Positions 40,401 through 51,085 of a DNA stretch of 64,000 bases are shown in pieces; within the stretch, counting starts at the first letter, position 1, and each line of letters opens with the position of its first letter. The notes below the pieces were generated by a model, which worked only from the letters and a program-made list of their open reading frames with translations, was not told the origin of the DNA and searched no databases. Position numbers and translations under genes: made by a program. The stretch comes from Owenia fusiformis (Eukaryota): contig CAIIXF020000001.1 of NCBI GenBank assembly GCA_903813345.2, positions 7,254,001-7,318,000 on the forward strand. Reading direction: 5' to 3'.

Positions 40401-41179
40401 GAAATGGGCACAACATTTCGTCAATATTTTTGTCAGTTCTCCGCACCCAATAAAGTCACATGATGTGATGTAACACAAATGTGACGCGATAATTTTTAAC
40501 TTTCATGGAACGAAAATACATTTCCCGGGAATCAATACATTCCAAATATTACGATTTCTTCAGCAGATTTGTTATCAAAATGTAGATAACTTTATAAAAC
40601 AGACGTATCTGTGTTGTATTGAGACTTGAAAGAAATATGGTGGACATTAAATACAATTTTTCAATTTGTTGAACTGACCGAATGTAGTACTGAACGAAAT
40701 ATTCAGCCGAGATTTCTCAATATTCTACGAGATCACGAACAGATTGCAGAAGAATTTTTCCTTTTGCTGCGTTTAATCGTTTCGTTCTTATTTATTAGCC
40801 ATCATCCAGCAATGGAAACATAATATAAATACAAAGTTTGATACAAGGAACAAACTCGTAAGTGTTTTTTATGATGTTTATTCATTTATTAGCATGTATT
40901 ATACATTGAAAAGACAGTGTGTTTTTTCCGGAGTAAATACCCCTTTTTTAGCATTGGAGCTCGTCTGGCCCAGATCTACGATGTCAGGAGTAGATAACTG
41001 GGCCAGACGGGTTTGGTTACAAATCCACCTGTCATTTAGATCTAGAGTCTATTTATGTTCCAAACTGAACATTGAGAATGAAATGGACTGTCACTGTTTA
41101 CAGGTATCTAAAACTATCTTAGATGTAGCCTTTATCAGGCCTAAAACATAAACAAATACTTACCATTCGATTTGACCAT
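10445..41179 (-). CDS. ATP13A3: P5B-type P-type ATPase (ATP13A2/ATP13A3-like, putative polyamine transporter), 27 coding exons, ~1307 aa
   Basis: Exons 5'->3', all GT-AG and phase-consistent: 41179-41164, 37500-37415, 36570-36403, 35826-35683, 33581-33499, 33341-33267, 32915-32846, 31678-31544, 31380-31314, 31041-30910, 28668-28495, 28173-28028, 27826-27626, 21800-21727, 21259-21115, 20900-20787, 20042-19886, 19551-19434, 15143-15019, 14814-14639, 14334-14147, 13778-13626, 13436-13267, 12989-12839, 11995-11850, 11493-11321, 10981-10445 (3924 nt). Motifs: [24 protein letters not shown] (P5B signature; P5A has PPELP), [30 protein letters not shown]. The symbol means ATP13A3-like; orthology within P5B is not resolved. 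Confidence 0.95.
12085..12475 (+). mobile_element. Degraded 3' end of an RLE-type (HERO-like) non-LTR retrotransposon
   Basis: Translation [49 protein letters not shown] resembles the PVEVGCRG...ASRWLWIKR C-terminus of HERO elements; in-frame stops present. Confidence 0.65.
13803..13940 (-). repeat. Intronic partial tandem copies of ATP13A exon 22 (GDGAND exon), including its splice acceptor
   Basis: 13803-13911 repeats ~13703-13802 with a 7-nt insertion; 13912-13940 is a third partial copy. Confidence 0.9.
15546..17203 (-). mobile_element. Helentron/DINE-1-like element, family B, nested in the family A element
   Basis: subTIR ATGTCCCCACC, terminal hairpin, GTCY microsatellite at ~17120-17155, ~6.5 tandem units of ~162 bp. 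The flanks rejoin into an intact family A unit (TGTAAAA|TAACACAC). Confidence 0.82.
17612..18619. mobile_element. Foldback-type MITE with ~420-bp inverted arms, nested in the family A element
   Basis: CACGCCCGGTGATC...GATCACCAGGCGTG termini; arms ~17612-18035 and ~18205-18619; flanked by the direct repeat ATAGT (17607-17611, 18620-18624). Confidence 0.85.
20428..20737 (+). mobile_element. tRNA-derived SINE
   Basis: Pol III A box TGGCTCAGTGG (~20437) and B box GGTTCGATTCC (~20480), ~240-nt body, (ATA)n tail at ~20722-20737. Confidence 0.7.
21457..21618 (-). mobile_element. Miniature family C-like element with a triplicated terminal hairpin
   Basis: AACAAGACATTAACATGCAAAATGTCACCACC head and CCACTTGTGGTGGTGACATA x3. 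The homologous element at ~3352-3471 has one copy. Confidence 0.7.
22290..27392 (+). CDS. Nested secreted single-EGF-domain peptide, copy A (76 aa), inside ATP13A intron 13
   Basis: Exon 22290-22386 encodes [32 protein letters not shown] and ends at a phase-1 GTAAGT donor. Exon 27259-27392 follows a TTTTAG acceptor and encodes (P)[43 protein letters not shown]. Six-Cys EGF spacing with NPCQNGGSC; hydrophobic N-terminus; AATAAA overlaps the stop. A probable 5' UTR exon donor (AACAG|GTACGT) lies near 22187. Confidence 0.85.
22702..24374 (-). mobile_element. Helentron/DINE-1-like element, family C, with ~11 internal tandem units of ~125-155 bp
   Basis: subTIR ATGTCACCACC at both ends; terminal hairpin TGTCACCAC-TTTTTG-GTGGTGACA. 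Precise empty site in the duplicate at ~4422. Confidence 0.82.
24535..25315. repeat. 35-bp minisatellite, ~20 copies
   Basis: Unit ATGATTTGAGGTTAGATGAGTTTATAAATGACAAT (e.g. starts at 25143 and 25178); absent at the homologous position (~4580) of the duplicate. Confidence 0.95.
25372..27050 (-). mobile_element. Helentron/DINE-1-like element, family B, second copy
   Basis: Highly similar to 15546-17203 end to end, including subTIR, ~162-bp tandem units and GTCY microsatellite. Confidence 0.82.
28730..30648 (-). mobile_element. Helentron/DINE-1-like element, family A, second copy
   Basis: Same termini as 15189-19294; (GACG/GTAC)n microsatellite at ~30533-30600; precise empty site in the duplicate at ~6048. 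Confidence 0.82.
29154..29725. mobile_element. hAT-like MITE nested in family A copy 2
   Basis: Imperfect TIR TAGTGCTT(GCA)ACGGTAATG / CATTACCGTAAGGCACTA; perfect 8-bp TSD ATAGACGG at 29146-29153 and 29726-29733. Confidence 0.8.
31846..32359 (+). mobile_element. 5'-truncated CR1-group LINE with target-site duplication
   Basis: Frame [22 protein letters not shown]...[25 protein letters not shown], then poly-C, AATAAA and an A-rich tail; 12-bp direct repeat AATGAAATCCAA at 31834-31845 and 32360-32371. Confidence 0.8.
36728..36808. repeat. (CAGTG/CAGTA)n pentanucleotide microsatellite
   Basis: Direct reading. Confidence 0.95.
38804..39891. mobile_element. MITE with 21-bp TIR and subterminal ATCGCA/TGCGAT arrays
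   Basis: CACCAGAGGCCTTATTCACAA ... TTGTGAATAAGGCCTCTGGTG; possible 2-bp TSD GT. Superfamily (CMC or Harbinger) is unclear. Confidence 0.8.
40148..41019. mobile_element. Non-autonomous DNA transposon with long TIRs and 9-bp TSD (AcademH- or MULE-like)
   Basis: TAACCAAACTCGTCTGGCCCAGTTATCTACTCC ... GGAGTAGATAACTGGGCCAGACGGGTTTGGTTA; TSD CAAATCCAC at 40139-40147 and 41020-41028. Confidence 0.88.
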
Positions 41180-41863
41180 TATAGCTTACTAATTTCACTC
41201 CTATTTAGCAAATATCACCGAACACGAGTTTTCTGCAAATAAAAAATCTTCGCCATATTTATTACTACACATCCCATCATGCATCTCGCGAAGATATATC
41301 ACATGGTTTTTACAAAAGAGCATAGATCCCGGCCAGATTCTTTTGTAGTAGGATCAAAGAATAATTCCGGCGACTGCGACGTCATTAACTCTGATTTTGC
41401 ACTTGAAAGTAATCGAAATGACCTCCCATGGGCCTCAATAAAGAGGGAAAAATTGTTTTTCCAAGGAGGATGGGCGCATATAAGAGAAGTGGGCGTTTAT
41501 TTCGTTAGGCTACTGTGCGCCCCATAGATCCCGGCCAGATTCTTTTGTAGTAGGTTCAGTGACTAGGCTATTGAGCCTATGAGATCATACTGAAAAACGA
41601 TTTGGCCAACATCTATGGTGCGCCCATGGGCGTTTATTTAGAAGCCCTCGAAAAGAACGCACATGGGCCTTTAAAAAGAGGGAAGAGAAAACACTTTTTT
41701 ACACAACTCTCTTTCAAATAAACGCCCGTGGGCCTATTCGCGAGAAACTCTGGTCATTACAACTGAACAGGAAACAACAAAACACAAGTTGTTTGAGCTC
41801 CCATGAATGAGGGCATATAGTCCAATTACTAAACATCGCACATCCATAAAATAGCCAGTGAAA

Positions 41864-42823
41864 CGGTAGGCCGGGAACATGGGGCAAAACGGCCCTCTGG
41901 GGCAAAGTGGCCCATCGAAATATCTTTTGAACTATAAAAAGATGGTTCTTCAAAAGTCACAAAATCCACGGACATCTAATACGCAGTTCTTCGAACTACT
42001 CTGGAACTATATTTATTTGAACGTCCCAGAATTTCGCCAGAAACATTCTCTCTGACTGTGACAAAATCGAATGTTGAAATATCTGCCACCTTCTCGACCG
42101 TCCATTTTTAACCAAGCAGCGTCTCGCTTTACGTAAGAGGTAATTCTACTTTTCACCCTCTTTTTTGGAAATTACCCCTCTCACGAGAATCTCTAAAAAA
42201 TCCGGCAACAATAGAATATCGTTTTGATTTAACATTTTACATAGAGTGTGCACATTTATTCTTTATTTGTAAAAATTTCGAGCTTCAAATATTAGGCAAA
42301 TTAAAATGACGTCTATTTGAAAATTCACATGTCTTTGGGGCAAAACGGCCCACACATGTTATAACATACAAAAATCTTATTGTGCAAGAACAATTGGTTT
42401 TCAAATGTAACAATTTTAACATCTGGCTTGTGCCTTATTTCCTTCCGACACATATCGAATGACTAGAATTATGGTAGGGGTTAAGAATACTTTATCTGTC
42501 AAAGGTTTGAACGTCTGAGATAAGATGTTTGTGGACGAGTCTTGTAATTGATTAATTTTGGTTTCAAAACCCATGTAACAGAGGGTGGGCCGTTTTGCCC
42601 CACCCATGGGCCGTTTTGCCCCACTTTCGACAATATTTTTGACCATTGAAAAATCACAGAAGATAGTCCTAGGAAAGTATAAAACACTCGAAAAATGTAA
42701 ACCACAAACCATTAATAAAGTGGAACATCAAAGTGCGCGATGATTGACAGATACGAAAATACCCCGTACAGAACAACTTAAAATTAAATTTTTTGGGCCG
42801 CTTTGCCCCATGTTCCCTACAGG
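41864..42823. mobile_element. MITE in the ATP13A / mutarotase divergent intergenic region
   Basis: Inverted ends GGGAACATGGGGCAAAACGGCCC ... GGGCCGCTTTGCCCCATGTTCCC; the GGGGCAAAACGGCCC motif recurs internally in both orientations; no clear TSD. Confidence 0.75.
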
Positions 42824-43114
42824 CAATCCACCAAAAATATTCTGTTAACAAAAAACAATGACTGTATGAGGACGAAAGTGTGCATGTGTAAGCTTAGGCC
42901 TAAATGCTAAACAATGTTTACAACCCACTGAACATCCAAACGTGTGATCAGTGACACTATATTTAATTTGTATGGTTTTACTGTATTTGTTGACAGGCAC
43001 AACTTGATATTATGATTACACATTCAGGTCGCACACTGTTATCTATACATTCTCACGAGGTGAGGTTGCTATAAAACATTTTTAACGTTTACATCGTCTC
43101 CAGAGTTGAAAACC

Positions 43115-46100
43115 ATGGGTTCAAAGAGAATTGGTCAAGTGTGCCGACTAAAACCAGAACATTATGCTGTGTACAAGGAGATGCATGCAAATGTTTGGCC
43201 AGAGGTAAAACTGTAGCCTTTCTAAATTAAACGCAAGATTCATTTCTGATCTAGAAAACTAGTCATAAATCTGGGCCCGAGAAATCTATGCTTTTTCCAA
43301 AAGTTGAAGAAGTGGCATTTTGGGAAAATGAGCCAAAAACAATTTTTTGTTAAAATGCTGAAGAGCCACTGACTTGAACCTTACAGGGTGGTGAACATTT
43401 TTTATTCTTGTGAGTATGGACCTAGAATCTTCATCGTAGGGGTCGACCAAATTTCTTTGGACTCACTACAGGGTGAGAAAAAATATTTTTCAATCTCATG
43501 CTACAGAATGAGTGCATCCAACATGGTGTTAAAAACGCAACCCAAAGAAATCACTATATCTTGAAAAATACTGGTTCAATTATGTTCATTTTTTCAGGAA
43601 AGAAAGAAGAGACTGTGTTTGTATGGCTCCTGTATATGGTTAGTTGTAAAACATGATCCCTTGGACACCTCCTCAAAAGACAATTGTTCTAGGAAAATAC
43701 AAAAAATGCAGCCATGGGTGACTGCAACCGCAAAAAACTAAATAACTTCCTAACCATAGTGTTTTGGCTCTTCAAAGGCACAAATCATCTTCATTCAATG
43801 TAATTGTAAACCTGTAGAGTGAAATCAAAATCACTTCAGGAACTTTACAGTCATGGTCGAAATGCTTTCAAATCGCAGTCAAATGCCCTTGTTCATGCAG
43901 ACTTACACTCCCCTCCATAAGTTTGGCAACCCTTTTTCTCCATTGAACTACGTGTTAAAGCCTCTTTACGTTTGAATTTTTATTTACTTAACCGGCGTTG
44001 AAATAACTTATAATATTGATGGAAACGTAACTTGACTTTATTTCCAATACCTCCAAATTTTCTCAATTTTTTTCCTTAATTACAATAGGTCGAAAATTGA
44101 TGATAAATTTGATGAATTTTTGAAAATCGTCATTCCCATGTAATCCAATGGGAAATGGAGGGTTCCTGGCAAATCAGAAATCAGGATATCTTTTCAGTAA
44201 AAGATTCAGCAAAAAATATTTTCATATAGAAAATTGAATTATCTAACTTTTTTGAACACTAAGTGTTTAGTTTATTTGATGAATATTAAAGTTACAGCGC
44301 TTCAAAGTCATTTTTGAAAATAGTTTTTCGCCTCCTGTGTTATTTCAATGGGAGAGGTTTTTTGAAAAACAATTTTGACTTTAAAGCCCTATAACTTTGT
44401 TGAACCTGAAGAAACATATCAATTTTTTGTTAAATAAAGTTAGCAAATTCAATTACCTGCCTAACTCGTATTTTTTGCAAGGACTCGGATGGATGGATAT
44501 TCTGTCATATGACTTGCGGCAAACCTACCATTTCCCATTGGTTAACATGGGAATGTCGATTTTCAAAAATTCATCAAATTCATCATCAATTTTCGACCTA
44601 CTGTAATTGAGGAAAAAAATTGAGAAAATTTGGAGGTATTGGAATTGAAGTGAAATTACGTTTCCTACACATTGAATGAGGATAATTTGTGCCAAATCTG
44701 AAGTGCTAAAACACTCTGGTTAGAAAGTTATTGTACAAATAGTGACTGCCATTGAGGGAAATAGTGCAAAATATTTTCCTCAAGGGAATATCCTGTCCAC
44801 TGACATGTTCCCGAGGCTGCAGGCCGAGGGAACAAGTCAGTGGACAGGATATTCCCGAGAGGAAAATTTTTACACTATTTCCCGAAAACGTGGCAGTCAC
44901 TATTTGTTTTATTATATACCTGATAAGTACTCTGTAAACAAAAACAAAATGAGAAGTCTTTTCATTTCAATATCAAATGTTCACAGGTTCTTATTGGCAT
45001 TTAAAGGCATTTTACCTTTCAACTCCTATAATCTCAGATTTGGGGGAAGATAAAATGTACTATTGACTGGTCACATGACCTAACTGGTGATTAGTACAAT
45101 TCATCTTCCCTGAAAGCAGGGATTTAGGACTTTCCAGGGAATTAGTTCATCTATTCCATGTTATGTGACCATGAATAAGCCAATGAGAATCTAGAATAGA
45201 TTTGAGGTATATTGAATTGGTTTTATTGCTGTGGTAGTCACCTCTGACTGCGTTTTTCGTATTTTCCTCTAACAACTGTCTTTTGAGCAGGTGTCCAAGG
45301 CATCATGTTTTACAACTAACTAACAACAGGAGCTATACATAAACAGTCTCTTCTTTCTTTCCTGAAAAAATGAACATAATTGAATTAGTATTTTCCAAGA
45401 TATAGCGATTTTCCATTCGCGTTTTTCGTATTTTTCTAATACTAATGTCTTTTGAGCAGATGTCCAAGACATCATGTTTTACAAATAACTAACAAAGGAG
45501 TTATACATACACAGTCTCTTCTTGTCTTCTTTCTTTCCTGAAAAAATTAAAACAATTGGATTGGTATTTTCCAAGATATAGCGATTTCTCTGGGTTGCGT
45601 ATTTATATTCATTTTGATTGCATGGATCATCTGCAAACTCGGAATGCTTTTTTGCCAGCAATGAATTGTACTTTTGCCAATGAATCAACAGAAAAAACAT
45701 CTCTCAGCTTTCATTTGAAATAAAGTTTAAACAAGTGCGAATACAAGGCATTAACATCCAAAATGTTACCACCTGTCATTTGTTACAGACGCCAACCTCC
45801 GAACGCTGAACACCAACCGCCAAACACCGTCCACGAAAAGTGTGAGAATAACCCTCTCCATATATTTTTTTTTGTATTTTAGATACTAAACTTACTGACA
45901 AAAGTTAATATAAGGAATTACTCGATCTACTACTGCAACAAGACACATCTTTTGTTTTTTACTATGGAATACATTGGTAATTATATAAGTTGTTACAATG
46001 CATTATACTAATTCTATTCCATTTAAAGAAGAATCCATTATAAAAAAAATTATGCTGTGATATTTTTGTCTTAAAAAGTATAAATAGCAGTTACTAATAA

Positions 46101-46760
46101 CATTCCTCGTAATCATTTAATTTATCAAGTGGTGTTCATTGCAACAGTATTAAGATGACAAGGCATTAACATGACAAAATGTCACCACCTTGTTGCTCAC
46201 AGTATTATGAGTTCAATCAAAAATAAATTGGTCAATTTGAAGCAAGATGAAAAATACCTATTTTGACCCTGAGAAGGTCATTGAAGGTGAAATCTCAAAT
46301 CTAAAGTCAGATTTGAACTTCTGATAACTTGTTGTAATGATTTTGAAAAAAATTGAAGTCAGTCTAAACAGTATTTGTGTTAAAGTTATTGGAAGTTGTG
46401 AGAATTTGTTACAGACGCCGATCGCCAACCGCCAACCGGGCCGTCAAACAAAACGGAGACCATAACAATATGTCACCACTTTTTGGTGATGATATTATGA
46501 AATTATACTAATAATTTGTTCATGTTTATGGTTCATATTGTTTTTTCATTCTTGTTCCTCCAGGAGATGATTTTGATAATGATATGGCCATAATGAGCAA
46601 AGATCCTAAGTTTAAAGAATGGTGGGTCGCATGTGGTGCCACCTGCCTTGCGCCATTGGAACCAACTGGAGGCCCCCCACCTTGGGAAGGTGGTCCGTCA
46701 TGGATATCTCCAATGGAAGAACTGTTTCATGATGGACATAGCGCTACAAAATATTTATAA
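43115..46760 (+). CDS. L-rhamnose mutarotase (RhaM/DUF718 family)-like protein, copy 1, 126 aa
   Basis: Exons 43115-43204, 45883-45976, 46564-46760 (GT-AG, phases 0 and 1): MGSKRIGQVCRLKPEHYAVYKEMHANVWPE/ILNLLTKVNIRNYSIYYCNKTHLLFFTMEYIG/DDFDNDMAIMSKDPKFKEWW...PMEELFHDGHSATKYL. Family motifs YxxxHxxVWPE, IRNYSI, EYxGxDFxxDMA, WW, MEExFH. Confidence 0.88.
43540..45600. mobile_element. Composite foldback / inverted-repeat region in mutarotase copy 1 intron 1
   Basis: ~44022-44160 is inverted at ~44527-44665; ~43540-43720 is inverted twice in tandem at ~45250-45600. Confidence 0.65.
44735..44907. repeat. ~173-bp imperfect palindrome (hairpin element)
   Basis: ACAAATAGTGACTGCC...GGCAGTCACTATTTGT arms centred on CCGAGGCTGCAGGCCGAGG. 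Confidence 0.85.
46158..46495 (-). mobile_element. Short family C Helentron/DINE-like element in mutarotase copy 1 intron 2
   Basis: Same head (ACAAGGCATTAACATGACAAAATGTCACCACC), one internal unit and the same terminal hairpin as 22702-24374. Confidence 0.75.
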
Positions 46761-48932
46761 AGTGTATAGGATATTACTAAATTAACGTTTCAAATAAGTA
46801 AGACGTGAACGTTGAACACAAACGTTAAAATTCACGGTCAAATTCAATGTCTAGGATCGGTTGTTTTAGACATTTACAAATAAAAATATCTAGAAACTAG
46901 ATCAGATCTTTCTCAAACTATGAAAACATCAGATTGCTCAAAGGAGTGGTATCGATATGGTGAACTTTTTGAAAAAATGTTTCTCTTAAACCAGTCATCA
47001 AAATTTTCTGAAAATTTTACACATCGTCAATTTCATGGTCGTCTTTTGGATGGTATCATTATAATTTGAAATATATATATATACTTTTCTCTATATTGTT
47101 TTAGAAAACACATCAGACACTTCTTTTCTTCTTGGTATCATATATTCGGAACGAAATAAAACATCTATCCGAACCTCACTGGAACAAAACGAAAAAGGAA
47201 AGTTTGGTGGATTTTTAAAAAATAGCTTGTTAATGAAATAAAAGGTTTATCTTAATTTTTATCTATTTTGGGTTCTTTTGTTTTAATTTTTTGCATACCT
47301 TTTTTAAATCAACCAAAATTCCTTTGTATTACTATGATATTAAGAGGTCTAAGAAAATGTTGTTTAATGTGTATATGCTATTTTGTTCCAACAAGGTTCG
47401 GAAAGTTATATAAAATATATATAAATAATTTTCGCATTAAATTGTTGTCAATCAGTCAACATTACATAAAGGATTTTGTTTTTTACAGAATGTTTTCAAT
47501 AATTGGTTTAAGAGAAAAACATTGTTGAATTCAATTCACCATAACCTATCCCTTCATCACCCTCGTGTTGTACCTTACACACGGTGTTACCCAGCGCGTA
47601 AACTAATTTGGTACACACCCTGTGTTGAATAAGCATGTGGACGAGGGGCAATCAGAGAGCTTCAAGTTGCAACTTCAGTTTAAAATAGAACTGATTAAAT
47701 CATACTTTCATATGATAGAGACTGAAAGATGTCCCGTACGGATTGAAATGATTGCAACACACTAATTACCTTGAGTTGTGTTGGGAAGATGAAATTCAGG
47801 AAACGTGTCACAATCACACCGGAATAGCCTGACAACGGTAAAGTCAGATGTCACAAATGCCGGCGGACATAACCGTCGCTTCAATTAGATTTTCATGAAC
47901 TGAATATTTAATAGAGCAAGTTTGCAAGCGAAATTGACGTAATTCATGACTGAAGTTGGGAAGACAAAAAATATGTGATATTCTTTCAGAATCAGTAGTG
48001 TTCATAAAAAGTATTTACAAAAATGTTCCCAAGACACAAATCCATTAAGGTAAGGTTCGTTTCAAAGTTGGAAAGAAGGATGGGTCGCCCAAACGTGTCA
48101 GGAACACATAGATACTTGAATGATCCAGATTGGACATCAGGTTGCAGAGAAATCGTAATTTTACTGAGTCTACGCCTCGTTAAGTACACAAACACGTAAA
48201 CTGGATAAAGAAGAAAATTATGATTTTACAAAACTAATGTGAATTATCGTTGTTGCAGACTATTCCTGTTTCGTTTAAGAGGAGGAAATATCCCAGGATT
48301 CATAGATAAACCTATCTATATGTAAAGAATAACTTCTAGATACTCTATCAATTCTGGGTTATTCCCCTCTTGTTTCGTGTTATGAATCAAAATGAAATAC
48401 AATAACCTGAATATTACAATTCACATTAGACAAACTAAAACAGAATGAACAGATAGATGTCATCATGCTCAGTGGAATTTGCAACAGGTGTAAGTGAGCT
48501 CACTTGGATCATGCACTATATCTTGATATCAATCAATTCATAGTCAGTGGCACATTCAATACAAAACTCACTGGCCTATAATTTAACAGCAGTGAGGGTA
48601 GAAGTTTTGCTTTCTGATCAATACATAGTACATGTAGGCCAACCTCAGCTATTGTTTAGTCAAGTAACGGAATATCAGAATTACCACTTTAATAGCTGTT
48701 GATGTCAACAGTAACGAGTGTATACAATTGAAGTCATCAGAAGATAAGGGCTGTAAACGAATAAAGAAAATCTGGTATAACACATTGAACATAGATATAG
48801 ATTAGAGTACATCAATTCAACTGTACTTAGCCTTATACACATATACACACATTGCAAAGTGATTCCTGTAAAGGTGAGTATAGTAGATGTGTGGTTATCT
48901 AGTCACAATCCCATTCTGACCGGAATGAGATT

Positions 48933-49106
48933 CAGGGGCGGATCTGGGAACCAACAAGGGGGGGACCAAATTTGGCCTGAAATTAAAAAATAAGGCCTTC
49001 AAAGGCCCAGTTATGACCAAAAAGGCCCACTTTTTGGGGCTTCAAGGCATTTTTGGCCCAAAATTTATTTTTTCCCCAGGCCCCCCCCCCCCCCTTATCC
49101 GCCAGT
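48933..49106. mobile_element. Short MITE (CAGGGGCGGAT...ATCCGCCA)
   Basis: Imperfect TIR; TGAGATT repeated on both flanks. Confidence 0.55.
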
Positions 49107-49581
49107 GAGATTGGAACTATAATTTTATGGTACATATTAGAGACTCCTGTAAGAGCTTTGGAATAATCGGGGCATTGGTCAAGATGGGAACAATGGGCAA
49201 CAATTGATTACATTGGTGGCAGCGGTGGGATTTATGTTATGTTATCAAATGTAGATGTCACACAATGCCTAAGATGTTGTAAAAAATAGATGAAACAGAT
49301 ACTGTATTACATCTCACTAACATGTTGAATTCGGTAAAATTTGGTAATTGGTTTTCACAAATTAGTTTTAGTTTAGTTTAGTTTATTTCAAACAAATAAA
49401 AGGCCTCAGGCCCATAGTTTTACAAATATAACAATACATGTTTACATCAATTTAGTAGCTCCTGCCTTAAATTAAATGCTTTCTAGCAGAAAGTAGCTAA
49501 GTTACATAAATCATTTACACCTTTTGTAGACATTAAATTAATATACTTTATTTATTCTATTTATCATGGTTATAGGTAAAC

Positions 49582-51085
49582 ATGTCTAGGGAAGGAACAA
49601 CACCTTCAAAGAGGCTGGGAGCCATTATAAAGCTGAGACCAGAACAGTATGACAAATACAAGGAACTCCATGCAGCAGTATGGCCTGAGGTATGATAGGC
49701 TATGGAATACTGGTAAAATATTCTTATTTACCATTACTAAATCTGGATGCCTAGTTTTCCATATATGGAGGTGTTTCACTCTTCAGGTTTTACTGTAATG
49801 GGTTTATATGTGTTTTTATGTGTTATACTTCTAAAGGTGTTACTGGCATTACTGTGTCAGAATTATATAAATTTCAATGTAGTAAAACTTGTAGACGTGG
49901 AACACCTCTCTAAGTGGAACACCTCCATAAGTTGAACACTATTTAAGTATCAGGGTCCTACTTACACAGGCTGTTCTGTACTTCATTATTTTATACATAT
50001 TGATTGCAGGGATTAAGGTCACTCATATGCTCATTTTTTCCTTTTTTTATCGGCCTTTGATAATTATCAAATAGTGTATTTCATATTTCCCTCCCCTCTA
50101 TTTGTTACAGGGAAGATATAAAGAGGGTGTGATTTAAAACCTGTACTATGGGCACATAACACATGAGGATTCATTCTTAAAAAAAATGTATTTGAATATT
50201 TTTTTACCTTTTTGTAGGTGCAGGATAGGTTAACAAAGAGCAATGTTAGGAACTTCACAATTTACTATGACAAAACTACAGGGTTCATGTTTCACCATAT
50301 GGAATATATAGGTAAATTAACAAGAGGAAAGTTAAACTTAATAGAATCTGTATTGATGCATTTATTTATCATTTTTTGTGAATAGCATGTTGATTGTTCT
50401 TTTGTGTGACCCTTTTCAACCTTGAAGTGCTCTTTTAGTGATCCAATATTCTAATTAGGTACTGGTATTGGTATATTTTGATTGTTTCTTATGAGTTAAT
50501 ACTGCCCATTGAATTGTTTTAATTCACATTGTGTATTTAACTAGACAACAGCAGCATCAAATGGCCTTGGCTGTCCTATTTACAAAATTGCTTCACTAAG
50601 ATTTTAGTAACAGCAAACTTCATAAAACAACATTTTTTCAAAATGGCCACTTTCTCGCAAAGTTGTCAATAAACAGTGAACCATGCTTATAAGTAGTCAC
50701 ATATCGAAATATACAAAATGGTTCTATTTCTTTATTGTGGAAAATGTAAAATAACACACATAAATTTCGTTTCGTACAAATGTAAAATGGTGTGTATGTA
50801 GGGGTATGTTTGGGTCACTGACCCTTTTAATGTTCTTTGTATGTTGCCCCTTGTGATTTCTAAGTGTACATATCTCCAGGTGCTGACTTTGATGCAGACA
50901 TGGCAGCCATTGGAGATGACCCTATCACCAGGAAATGGTGGAAGGAGTGTGAACCGTGTCAAGAGCCCCTTCAGTGGACAGGACCACCACCCTCAGAAGG
51001 TGGTAGTGGTGGTGAGGGCGGTGCATGGTGGAAGCCAATGGAAGAGTTGTTTCATGATGGACACTCAGCTGTCAAGTTTCTTTAA
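49582..51085 (+). CDS. L-rhamnose mutarotase (RhaM/DUF718 family)-like protein, copy 2, 135 aa
   Basis: Exons 49582-49689, 50218-50311, 50880-51085: MSREGTTPSKRLGAIIKLRPEQYDKYKELHAAVWPE/VQDRLTKSNVRNFTIYYDKTTGFMFHHMEYIG/ADFDADMAAIGDDPITRKWWKECEPCQEPL...WWKPMEELFHDGHSAVKFL. Same intron positions and phases as copy 1. Confidence 0.92.

Noticed and set aside
43115-51085. Bacterial contamination as the source of the RhaM-like genes
   Set aside because: Both have spliceosomal introns, host-like base composition and the same repeat families as the neighbouring animal genes.
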